Assembly: GCA_043809315.1 (NCBI GenBank) | Contig: JAZDDX010000015.1 | Location: 21,481 to 85,480, forward strand | Reading direction: 5' to 3' | DNA: 64,000 nt | From: Pseudomonadota bacterium | GTDB lineage: Bacteria > Bdellovibrionota_G > JALEGL01 > DATDPG01 | Shown: positions 1-8,066 of the stretch, piece after piece | Position numbering within the stretch: the stretch's first letter is position 1 | How the letters are laid out: every line of letters starts with the position of its first letter | Program-made: the position numbers and the translations under genes | Notes under the pieces: generated by a model | The model's database searches: none | What the model saw: only the letters and a program-made list of their open reading frames with translations | Told to the model about the DNA's origin: nothing

Positions 1-515
1 GCACTTTGCATTAGAATTGGCGACCGCATAAAATTGCCGGGCGCGCAGGCAAAGCCGGCCTGCCCGGAAAAAGAGACGGAGCGAAGGCTGGTGCTCAAAC
101 TGGACTGAATAATTTTAAAGGTGGCACCACCGTCCGTAGACCGCGCGATCCCCTGGCCGATGCCAACCACCGTCTGATTGTCAACAAAACTGAAACTCGT
201 AATTAAAGGTCCGCAGATGCCGCAATCGATACTGCACGAGGAACAGCTCTCACCGAACTCGCAGACCGCGTTGCCACACTGTCCGTTAGGAGGTGAAGTG
301 GGTGTGGGCGTAGGTGTTACGGTGGGTCTGTTTGGCGTTGGGGTGGGAGTGGGTGTCGGTGTCCTTTTACCCCCTTTTGCATCGTAAATTGAAGATGGCT
401 CACTTGAACGGAGGTCATTTGTGGAAGACGAATCCAAATCAATATTGCTTCCACATCCAGTGACCACGAATGAGAACAAAAGAAAGTTTGCGAATCCTAA
501 GGTTAGCCTTTTCAT
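1..515 (-). CDS. Lipoprotein with Pro/Thr linker, Cys-rich repeat and BNR/Asp-box motif (3' end runs off the window; not in the ORF track)
   Basis: Manual translation from ATG 515 (GGAGG RBS at 521-525): MKRLTLGFANFLLFSFVVTG-C lipobox, then TPTPTPTPTPNRPTVTPTPTPTSPP, CGNAVCEFGESCSSCSIDCGIC, and ARSTDGGATF. No stop before base 1. Confidence 0.85.
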   Translation of the reverse strand, partial: MKRLTLGFANFLLFSFVVTGCGSNIDLDSSSTNDLRSSEPSSIYDAKGGKRTPTPTPTPTPNRPTVTPTPTPTSPPNGQCGNAVCEFGESCSSCSIDCGICGPLITSFSFVDNQTVVGIGQGIARSTDGGATFKIIQSSLSTSLRSVSFSGQAGFACAPGNFMRSPILMQS

Positions 516-543
516 TTTTGCCTCCGTAAGAAGCCTTCTCACT

Positions 544-558
544 GCAAATCCAACGCCA
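544..558 (-). promoter_or_regulatory. Putative sigma54 (-24/-12) promoter for the lipoprotein gene
   Basis: Minus strand reads TGGC-GTTGGAT-TTGC (GG-N10-GC), placing the start site just upstream of the RBS. Confidence 0.6.
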
Positions 559-699
559 AAGGGTCGGAAGGATCTAGGATGTTGAAATGACAAATGTTTT
601 TGCTTCTTGAGGCGGAGAGGGGAACCCATTTGAGCTATGCAAAAAAATGCATATTCTCCCTTCTCCATGAAAAGTTTGCGGACCGACGCTAAGGTGTAA

Positions 700-999
700 T
701 TAGGCGGCTCTCGAGAAACGCACCTTCGTGCGGTAACCGAGCGATCCCAGAATCCGCAGGAGCAGGTCGGTCGAAACCTGGTACGTGTTGCGGTTGAGAA
801 TGGCCGTAATGCGGGTCCGGGAGGTCCCGGAGATCTTGGCGACTTGGGCATGGGTCAAATGGCGAGCTCTCACCGCCTCAATGATCTTGTCGTTGAGGTC
901 GCAATGGACCTCGATTTCGACCCCATCAGCCGGAGAAAGTCCGAGAGCCGCAGCCAGTTCCGCCGCAGTCCGCGTCACGATCGGTTTAATCTTCTTCAC
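700..999 (-). CDS. XRE-family HTH antitoxin (HigA-like)
   Basis: 99 aa with HTH LTHAQVAKISGTSRTRITAILN; RBS GAGGGAG; lies directly after a RelE-like gene. Confidence 0.8.
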   Translation of the reverse strand: MKKIKPIVTRTAAELAAALGLSPADGVEIEVHCDLNDKIIEAVRARHLTHAQVAKISGTSRTRITAILNRNTYQVSTDLLLRILGSLGYRTKVRFSRAA

Positions 1000-1246
1000 G
1001 TGTCATCTCCCTCAATCTTCTTTGAGCAAGCTCCAATTCGCGATCGGGCGTTTTCTCCTGTTTCTTTGAGAAAACATGAAGCACGAGAATTCCGTAGCGC
1101 CATCCACTCAAAATGAAGGCCCGGAAACTGCCATCCCGACCTCGAATCCGTAACTCTTCAACGCCTGGCCCGACGATCGGCATCGTGCGGGAAAGAGGCA
1201 TTCCAAGCCTGCTTCCTCGCTGGAGATTCCGAATTGCTTTTCCCAT
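986..1246 (-). pseudogene. RelE/HigB (Gp49-like) toxin, N-terminally truncated
   Basis: GKAIRNLQRG..MPLSRTMPIVGPGVEELRIRGRDGSFR..ILVLHVFSKKQEKTP matches the family core; about 20 N-terminal residues appear absent and promoter DNA abuts the coding core. Confidence 0.65.
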
Positions 1247-1271
1247 GTCCCGAATCCGGGACAAGTGTCAA
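1246..1271 (-). promoter_or_regulatory. -35 box plus palindromic operator of the toxin-antitoxin pair
   Basis: TTGACA (minus, 1266-1271) followed by perfect inverted repeat TGTCCCG-N4-CGGGACA (1246-1263). Confidence 0.55.
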
Positions 1272-1390
1272 GGGGGATTGTTTTTTCAAACATCGTTCCA
1301 GGAAGAATCGCAAGACGGATGCCGACGATGGAAAACAGAAACCGATTCTCGGTCCTCGGGGTCCGATTTCTAGCTAACATGATGAAACCC

Positions 1391-1419
1391 TTGACACAAA
1401 GTGGCCAAACTCCTACGAA
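1391..1419 (+). promoter_or_regulatory. Putative sigma70 promoter of the BMC operon
   Basis: TTGACA (1391-1396), 17-nt spacer, TACGAA (1414-1419); predicted start site coincides with GTG 1426. Confidence 0.5.
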
Positions 1420-1425
1420 GGCTTG

Positions 1426-2043
1426 GTGATCTCCCTGCGGACGTTCGTTTTCATCGACTCCCTGCAACCCCAGCTCGCCGCGTATATCGGATCGACTGCC
1501 AAAGGTTTTTTGCCCCTTGCCGAGATGGCGGCGCTCTATATCGAAATCGCACCGGGAATCGCGATCAACCGGATCACCGACATCGCCCTCAAAGCGACCA
1601 AGGTCAAACCGGCCGTTCAGGTGGTCGAGCGGGCCTTCGGCCTTCTCGAGGTCCACGAGGCCGACAAGGGAGAGGTCCGTTCCGCCGGCGCCGCGATCCT
1701 TCGTCATCTGGAGCTGACCGAAGAGGACCGGATGGCCCCGAAGATCGTCTCGAACCAAATCATCCGGGGGGTCGACCCGCACCAGTCGCAGCTGGTCAAC
1801 CGGAGCCGCTCCGGATCGATGTTGCTGCCCGGACAATCTTTGTTCATTCTGGAGACGGAGCCGGCCGGATACATCTCATTCGCTGCGAACGAAGCGGAGA
1901 AAGCGGCGAACGTCAACCTGATCGACGTTCGTCCGTACGGCGCGTTCGGTCGTTTGTATTTGGGGGGTACCGAATCGGAGATCGACTCGGCGGCGCAGGC
2001 CGCCGTCAACGCTTTGGGAACTTTGCGGGGAAAGACCGCGTAA
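1426..2043 (+). CDS. BMC shell protein, permuted tandem-domain trimer (BMC-T; CcmP/CsoS1D-like)
   Basis: [67 protein letters not shown] motifs; start TTG 1423 or GTG 1426. Confidence 0.93.
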   Translation: MISLRTFVFIDSLQPQLAAYIGSTAKGFLPLAEMAALYIEIAPGIAINRITDIALKATKVKPAVQVVERAFGLLEVHEADKGEVRSAGAAILRHLELTEEDRMAPKIVSNQIIRGVDPHQSQLVNRSRSGSMLLPGQSLFILETEPAGYISFAANEAEKAANVNLIDVRPYGAFGRLYLGGTESEIDSAAQAAVNALGTLRGKTA

Positions 2044-2062
2044 CGAAAGGGGAGGCAAGAAG

Positions 2063-2377
2063 ATGTCAGATGCATTGGGATTGATCGAAACCCGCGGATT
2101 CGTGGGGATGGTGGAAGCAGCGGACGCGATGGTGAAAGCGGCCCGGGTGGAGTTGGTCGGGTACGAGAAGATCGGCGGCGGGTACGTGACCTGCATCGTC
2201 CGCGGCGATGTCGCGGCGGTGAAGGCCGCCACGGAAGCCGGCGCGAAGAGTGCCGAGCGCGTGGGAGAGCTGGTCTCCGTGCACGTGATTCCGAGACCGC
2301 ATCCGAACGTCGACACCGCGCTCCCTCTCGGACGGACGACCGCGGCTGCGCAGGCGAAAGCCGCCGGCGCGAAGTAG
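2063..2377 (+). CDS. BMC shell hexamer protein (BMC-H; EutM/PduA/CcmK family)
   Basis: [55 protein letters not shown]. Confidence 0.97.
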   Translation: MSDALGLIETRGFVGMVEAADAMVKAARVELVGYEKIGGGYVTCIVRGDVAAVKAATEAGAKSAERVGELVSVHVIPRPHPNVDTALPLGRTTAAAQAKAAGAK

Positions 2378-2386
2378 CGAGGAGCC

Positions 2387-2674
2387 ATGGTCCTCGGACA
2401 GGTGGTGGGGACGGTCGTCTCCACCCGGAAGGACGAGAAGCTTCAAGGGCTCCGCTTCCTGGTGGTCAAGAATCTCGATCTGGACGGGAAACCGGCCGGT
2501 GCGTATGTCGTCGCGGTCGACTCGATCGGAGCCGACCGCGGGGAGGTCGTTCTGTATGCGACCGGAAGCTCCGCGCGGCAGACCGCGGTGTCCAAAGACC
2601 GCCCGGTCGACGCCGTGATCATGGCGATCGTAGATACCGTCGAGGTCATGGGGCAGACGAGGTACCAGAAGTAA
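2387..2674 (+). CDS. BMC vertex pentamer protein (BMC-P; EutN/CcmL family) copy 1
   Basis: [49 protein letters not shown]. Confidence 0.95.
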   Translation: MVLGQVVGTVVSTRKDEKLQGLRFLVVKNLDLDGKPAGAYVVAVDSIGADRGEVVLYATGSSARQTAVSKDRPVDAVIMAIVDTVEVMGQTRYQK

Positions 2675-2677
2675 CCC

Positions 2678-4084
2678 ATGCGGGTTTCGGACACGCATCT
2701 CGAATCGATCGTTCGGCAGGTGGTCGACCGCCTCTCGCGCGAGCGTGACGAGCGTCCCGCGGGAGGGAAGGCCCATCCCCAGGTCGGCGTGTTCGACGAC
2801 ATGAATGCGGCGGCTGCCGCCGCCGAACCGGCCCAGCGTGCGCTTTTGTCTCTCTCCCTGGCTCACCGGAAACGGATGATCGCAGCGATCCGCGCGCTTC
2901 TGCACCGGTTCGTGAACGAACTGGCGGAGTCTGCGGTAACGGAGACCGGCCTCGGCCGGGTCGACGACAAGATCCTCAAAAACCGGCTCGTGATCGACAA
3001 GACTCCGGGCCCCGAGATCCTGGAACCGTGGACCTTCACGGGAGATGACGGCCTGACGCTTCACGAGCGGAGCCCGATCGGAGTTTTGGCCGCAATCACC
3101 CCCTGCACCAACCCTTCGGAAACCGTGATCTGCAATGCAATCGGGATGGTTTCGGCCGGGAACGCCGTCATCTTCAACCCCCACCCGCTCGCCAAGCGGG
3201 TTTCAGCGCGGACCGTCGAACTCTTGAACGAGGCGATCATCTCGACCGGCGGCCCGGCGAATCTGGTTTGCTGCCTGCGCGAGCCGACGATCGAGAGCGC
3301 CCAGGCGTTGATGCGTCACCCGAAGGTTCGGATGGTAGTCGTCACAGGAGGCCCGGCGGTTGTGGCCGAGGCGATGAAGAGCGGGAAGAAGTGCATCGCG
3401 GCCGGCCCCGGGAATCCGCCGGTCGTGGTCGACGAGAGCGCCGACCTCGACGTCGCCGGCAAGGGAATCGTTCTGGGATCGTCGCTCGACAACAACATCG
3501 TCTGCATCGCGGAGAAAGAGATCATCGCGGTCGACTCGATCGCCGACGACCTGAAGAAATCGATCACACGACATGGCGGGTTCGAGTTGACGGAGCACAA
3601 CCGTTCGAAGCTCGAGAGGCTCGTCCTGGACGGTGATCATCCGCACAAAGATTGGATCGGAAAAAACGCGACGAAAATGTTGGCGGCTCTCGGAATTTCA
3701 GCCGATCCGAGCGTTCGTGTCCTTTTCTGCGAGACGCCCCGCGAGCACCCGTTTGTCCAACTCGAGATGCTGATGCCGGTGATCCCTATGGTCCGGGTCA
3801 AGACGGTCCACGAGGGGATCGTCTTCGCGAAGGATGTGGAGCACGGGTTCCGCCATACGGCGGTCATGTACTCCCGCAACATCGACAACCTTCACGAGAT
3901 GGCGAAGATGTCGGACGTCTCGATCTTCGTGAAGAACGCCCCGAGCTATGCGGGCTTAGGCATGGGAGGGGAAGGGTACACGTCGTTCACGATCGCAGGG
4001 CCCACGGGAGAGGGGCTGACCACGGCGATCAACTTTTCGCGCGAGCGGCGATGCACCCTCGCCGGGCGATTCCGGATCGTCTGA
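2678..4084 (+). CDS. CoA-acylating aldehyde dehydrogenase (EutE/PduP family) with N-terminal encapsulation peptide
   Basis: TPCTNP, VTGGPAVV, AGPGNPPVVVDE, DNNIVCIAEKE (catalytic Cys), HGFRHTA, FTIAGPTGEGLT; N-terminus LESIVRQVVDRLS. Confidence 0.95.
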   Translation: MRVSDTHLESIVRQVVDRLSRERDERPAGGKAHPQVGVFDDMNAAAAAAEPAQRALLSLSLAHRKRMIAAIRALLHRFVNELAESAVTETGLGRVDDKILKNRLVIDKTPGPEILEPWTFTGDDGLTLHERSPIGVLAAITPCTNPSETVICNAIGMVSAGNAVIFNPHPLAKRVSARTVELLNEAIISTGGPANLVCCLREPTIESAQALMRHPKVRMVVVTGGPAVVAEAMKSGKKCIAAGPGNPPVVVDESADLDVAGKGIVLGSSLDNNIVCIAEKEIIAVDSIADDLKKSITRHGGFELTEHNRSKLERLVLDGDHPHKDWIGKNATKMLAALGISADPSVRVLFCETPREHPFVQLEMLMPVIPMVRVKTVHEGIVFAKDVEHGFRHTAVMYSRNIDNLHEMAKMSDVSIFVKNAPSYAGLGMGGEGYTSFTIAGPTGEGLTTAINFSRERRCTLAGRFRIV

Positions 4085-4350
4085 TGGAGCTCGCCCGAGT
4101 CATCGGAACCGTCACTGCCACGATGAAGGCGGAGGAGCTTCGGGGTGTGAAGCTTCTGCTCCTCCAGCCGATCGATCACACGGAAAAAGAAAAAGGGAAG
4201 CCGATTGTCGCGGTCGACAAAGGCCAGGCGGGGATCGGGGACAAGGTCTATTACGTGCTCGGACGGGAGGCGGCTCTGACGCTCGACAAGACGTTTGTCG
4301 CGGTCGATGCCGGAGTGGTCGGGATCGTCGACGAGGTGGATGTCCCGTGA
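4084..4350 (+). CDS. BMC-P (EutN/CcmL family) copy 2
   Basis: ATG overlaps the AldDH stop (TGATG); MELARVIGTVTATMK..VAVDKGQAGIGD..VDAGVVGIVD. Confidence 0.92.
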   Translation: MELARVIGTVTATMKAEELRGVKLLLLQPIDHTEKEKGKPIVAVDKGQAGIGDKVYYVLGREAALTLDKTFVAVDAGVVGIVDEVDVP

Positions 4351-4619
4351 TCATCGCCCGAGTCATCGGGACCGCTGTGGCCACCGTCAAACACCCCTCC
4401 TACAACGGACGGAAAGTGATGATCGTTCAGCCGCTGGCCCCGGAAGGGGAGGATCAGGGACAGTCCTTTCTCGCGGTTGATGCGGTTCAGTCGGGTCCCG
4501 GGGATCGCGTCCTCGTGGCGCGCGAGGGGAACGCCGCCCGCCAGATCCTCGAAGCGGGGGAAGCCCCGATCCACGCCGTCATTCTGGGCATCATCGACGA
4601 AGTGAATCTGCCAAACTGA
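4347..4619 (+). CDS. BMC-P (EutN/CcmL family) copy 3
   Basis: GTGA overlap; IARVIGTAVATVKH..LAVDAVQSGPGD..EGNAARQ..IHAVILGIID. Confidence 0.92.
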   Translation: MIIARVIGTAVATVKHPSYNGRKVMIVQPLAPEGEDQGQSFLAVDAVQSGPGDRVLVAREGNAARQILEAGEAPIHAVILGIIDEVNLPN

Positions 4620-4626
4620 GATCAAT

Positions 4627-5379
4627 ATGGCCTCCCCCGAACGAATCCGGTTTACGCTAGGTGGTTCGCTCACGCCGGTGGTGCGCGTTCTTCTCTGGGT
4701 CAACGGCCTGGTCTGGCTGTTTCTGATGCTCGTCAAAGGCCGGGTTTACGCACCGGTCGGGGAGAGTTACGCCGACATTCTGACCGAGCTTCTGGGGCTT
4801 TCCCCGAAAGCGGTATTCCACGACTGGGCGCTCTGGCAACCGATCACCTACCTCTTCGTCCATCGGGAATTTTGGCATCTGGTCCTCAACATGCTCGGCC
4901 TCTGGTGGTTCGGCGTAGACCTCGAGGCGACTTGGGGGCCGAAAACCTTCCTGAGGTACTACTTTTTCACCGGCATCGGTGCCGGGATCGTCTCCGCCCT
5001 GTTCGGGATCCCGACGATCGGGGCTTCGGGCGCAATCTACGGGGTTCTCCTCGGGTACGGGATGCTCTTCCCGAACCGCGTCCTCTACCTCTATTTCGTC
5101 GTTCCGGTGAAGGCGAAGTACTGTGTCCTCTTGTTCGGTGTCGTCGAGCTCCTGGCCGTCGTGCAGGGCGGGAGCGGTGGAGTGAACAACCTGGCGCATG
5201 TGAGCGGCCTCGTTTTTGGATTGATCTGGTTCATCTTTGCCCGCCGCCAGCTCCACCTGGGAGAGTTATGGCGCCAGCTGCGGAAACGGCGGATGCGCCG
5301 TCGTCTCCAGTTGATCCGGAAGGATCAAGGGGAGGACGCCGAATCCCCCGAACCGTACGACCATCCCACCATTCATTGA
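4627..5379 (+). CDS. Rhomboid family intramembrane serine protease
   Basis: WQPITYLFVH..HLVLNM, IGASGAIYG (catalytic Ser), AHVSG (catalytic His); several TM segments. Confidence 0.92.
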   Translation: MASPERIRFTLGGSLTPVVRVLLWVNGLVWLFLMLVKGRVYAPVGESYADILTELLGLSPKAVFHDWALWQPITYLFVHREFWHLVLNMLGLWWFGVDLEATWGPKTFLRYYFFTGIGAGIVSALFGIPTIGASGAIYGVLLGYGMLFPNRVLYLYFVVPVKAKYCVLLFGVVELLAVVQGGSGGVNNLAHVSGLVFGLIWFIFARRQLHLGELWRQLRKRRMRRRLQLIRKDQGEDAESPEPYDHPTIH

Positions 5380-5416
5380 TTGAATCGCAGCGGGGGCTTG
5401 CGTAGATTCCCCCCGG

Positions 5417-8041
5417 ATGGAGCCGGACCGGGTCGATACGCCGCTGATGCGGCAGTACTGGGAAATCAAGAAGGAGCATCGCGATGCGATCCTTCTCTTC
5501 CGCCTCGGGGACTTCTACGAAATGTTTTTCGACGACGCCGAGGTCGCCTCCCGGATTCTCGACATCGCCCTCACGTCCCGTGACAAGAACTCCGAGAATC
5601 CGGTCCCCCTCTGCGGCGTCCCCCATCACGCCGTCTCCGGTTACATCTCGAAACTTCTCGAGAGCGGTCACAAGGTGGCGATCTGCGATCAGATGGAGGA
5701 TCCGAAGTTCGCCAAAGGGATCGTCAAGCGGGAAGTGGTCCGGGTCATCACGCCGGGGTTGCGGACCGATCTCGAGGGGCTGTCGGCCACCGAACGGAAT
5801 GCGTTGGTTTCATTGTATGCCACGGCCACAGGAGTTGCGCTCGGCTGGGTCGATGTCGCGAGCGGTGACTTCCGGGTCACGACCTTTCCGGACGTCTTCT
5901 CGGCCGAAAACGAGATCGATCGTCTCAACCCCTCCGAGATCCTTCTTCCGGAAGGGGATGGAGGAAAGCCTTTCGAAAGTTGGGTCTCCATCTTTTCCAT
6001 TTCGTATCCGTCGGTTCATTTCGAGCGCATCCCGAATTGGGTCTATGACCGAGCGGAGAAAAAGCTCAGCGAGCGGTTCGCGGTGGCGACGCTGGACGGG
6101 TTCGGAATCGAAGACATCCCGCTGACGGCGCCCCCTCTCGCCGCCCTTCTTCATTACGTCGAAGAGAGGAACCACACGCCGCTCCCGCATTTGACCCCGC
6201 CCAAGCCGTACTCGGTCGACCGGTTCGTCCACCTCGACCCATCCACGCGGGATCACCTCGAGATCTTCCGCTCCCTCGGACGCCCCGGCGACGAGCGGAC
6301 GTTGTTCGGGATCTTGAACGAGACGCGGACGTCGATGGGGACGCGGAAACTCAAAGACTGGCTCCATTTTCCGCTGCGGGATGTCCCGGCGATCCGGAAA
6401 CGGCTGGAGGTGGTGGCGGAACTTTCAGAAAACGCGCAGGAACGGGAAGCGATCCGGACGCAGCTTTCCGGTGTCTACGACCTGGAGCGTTTGATCGGCA
6501 GAATCGCGAGCGCCCGGGCGAACCCGAGGGACCTGGTTTCTTTGGTCGGGACACTCCGGGCGGTCGAGATGATCCGGCCGCTCGTTTCCCAGAGCCAAAC
6601 CGAAAACCTTCACCTGCTCCTCCCCGTTCTCGATCCTCATTCCGATCTGGTCTCCTGGCTTGAGAAAGGGTTGAGCGATCAGCCGCCGATCACGCTTTCG
6701 GAAGGGGGGTCGATCCGGGACGGTTTCGACCCCCGCCTCGACGACCTTCGGTACATCAAGAGGAAAGGGAAACAGTGGATCGCGGAACTCGAAGCGAAGG
6801 AACGGCAGAGGACCGGCATCGGCTCGCTTCGGGTCGGATACAACCGTGTCTTCGGGTATTACATCGAGGCCACCAACGCGAACCTTGCCAAGGTTCCGGC
6901 CGACTATCAGCGGAAACAGACGCTGACGAACGGGGAGCGGTTCGTCACGCCGGAGCTCAAAGAGGAAGAGGCGAAGATCCTCGGAGCCGAGGAGAAGATC
7001 GCGGCGCTCGAGCAGGAGATCTTCGAGGGACTCCGACAGAAGGTGGTCGAGTCGATGCGTTCGATCCAACGGTTGGCCGACGCTTTGGCCGAAATCGACG
7101 TCTACGCCTCCTTATCCCGCGCCGCCGTCCGGAATCGATATGTCCGGCCGGAGGTCGACGAGAGCGACCGGATCGAGATCCGAGCCGGGCGCCATCCGGT
7201 GGTGGAGCGTTTCATTGGGGAGCCCCCGTTCGTTCCGAACGACACCCTTCTCGATTGCGACGACCGCCAGCTGATCATCCTGACCGGGCCGAACATGGCG
7301 GGGAAATCGACGATCATGCGGCAGGTGGCGTTAATCGTTTTACTGGCGCAGATCGGGTCGTTCGTCCCGGCCGAAGAGGCCCGGATCGGCGTGGTCGATC
7401 GGATCTTCACCCGGGTTGGCGCTTCCGACGATCTCTCCCGCGGGCGTTCGACCTTCATGGTGGAGATGAGCGAGACGGCGAACATCCTCCGGAACGCGAC
7501 GAAGCGATCGCTCATCCTTCTGGATGAGATCGGCCGGGGGACGAGCACGTTCGACGGCCTGTCGATCGCCTGGGCTGTGGCAGAGGAAATCCACGACCGG
7601 ATCGGGGCGAAGACGATCTTTGCCACGCATTATCACGAGCTGACCGACCTTGCTCGGACGAAGGCGCGGGTTCGGAACATGAACGTCACGGTGCGCGAGT
7701 GGGGGGAGCAGATCCTCTTCCTGCGCACGCTTGCGGAAGGGGCGGTAAACCGGAGCTACGGGATCGCCGTGGCGAAGCTGGCCGGGGTGTTCCCCTCCGT
7801 GACGGATCGCGCGCGGGAGATCCTGGCGAACCTGGAACGGAGCGAGCTCGACGCGACCGGTTCCCCCGTTCTGGCCCGACGCGAATCGGCCGTGCCGGCA
7901 CAAACGGCTCAACTCGAACTGTTCCGGCGAATGGCGGACGATCTGTGGGAGGAACTCAAGCGGATCGATCCCGACAAGATGACACCGAAAGAGGCGCACG
8001 ACCTCCTTTTCGCGTGGCGGCAGCGCTATCACAAGGCCTGA
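5417..8041 (+). CDS. mutS: DNA mismatch repair protein MutS
   Basis: TPLMRQY, FRLGDFYEMF, TGPNMAGKST, STFMVEM, DEIGRGTST, FATHYHEL. Confidence 0.98.
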   Translation: MEPDRVDTPLMRQYWEIKKEHRDAILLFRLGDFYEMFFDDAEVASRILDIALTSRDKNSENPVPLCGVPHHAVSGYISKLLESGHKVAICDQMEDPKFAKGIVKREVVRVITPGLRTDLEGLSATERNALVSLYATATGVALGWVDVASGDFRVTTFPDVFSAENEIDRLNPSEILLPEGDGGKPFESWVSIFSISYPSVHFERIPNWVYDRAEKKLSERFAVATLDGFGIEDIPLTAPPLAALLHYVEERNHTPLPHLTPPKPYSVDRFVHLDPSTRDHLEIFRSLGRPGDERTLFGILNETRTSMGTRKLKDWLHFPLRDVPAIRKRLEVVAELSENAQEREAIRTQLSGVYDLERLIGRIASARANPRDLVSLVGTLRAVEMIRPLVSQSQTENLHLLLPVLDPHSDLVSWLEKGLSDQPPITLSEGGSIRDGFDPRLDDLRYIKRKGKQWIAELEAKERQRTGIGSLRVGYNRVFGYYIEATNANLAKVPADYQRKQTLTNGERFVTPELKEEEAKILGAEEKIAALEQEIFEGLRQKVVESMRSIQRLADALAEIDVYASLSRAAVRNRYVRPEVDESDRIEIRAGRHPVVERFIGEPPFVPNDTLLDCDDRQLIILTGPNMAGKSTIMRQVALIVLLAQIGSFVPAEEARIGVVDRIFTRVGASDDLSRGRSTFMVEMSETANILRNATKRSLILLDEIGRGTSTFDGLSIAWAVAEEIHDRIGAKTIFATHYHELTDLARTKARVRNMNVTVREWGEQILFLRTLAEGAVNRSYGIAVAKLAGVFPSVTDRAREILANLERSELDATGSPVLARRESAVPAQTAQLELFRRMADDLWEELKRIDPDKMTPKEAHDLLFAWRQRYHKA

Positions 8042-8066
8042 ACCGATGCTATCATGAGCCGTTCCG

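Noticed and set aside
178-387. Plus-strand 69-aa ORF with GVGVGV repeats
   Set aside because: Antisense shadow of the Pro/Thr linker of the minus-strand lipoprotein.
3652-4350. 232-aa ORF suggesting a BMC-P with a long N-terminal extension
   Set aside because: The extension is an alternative frame of AldDH; the real start is ATG 4084 overlapping the AldDH stop.
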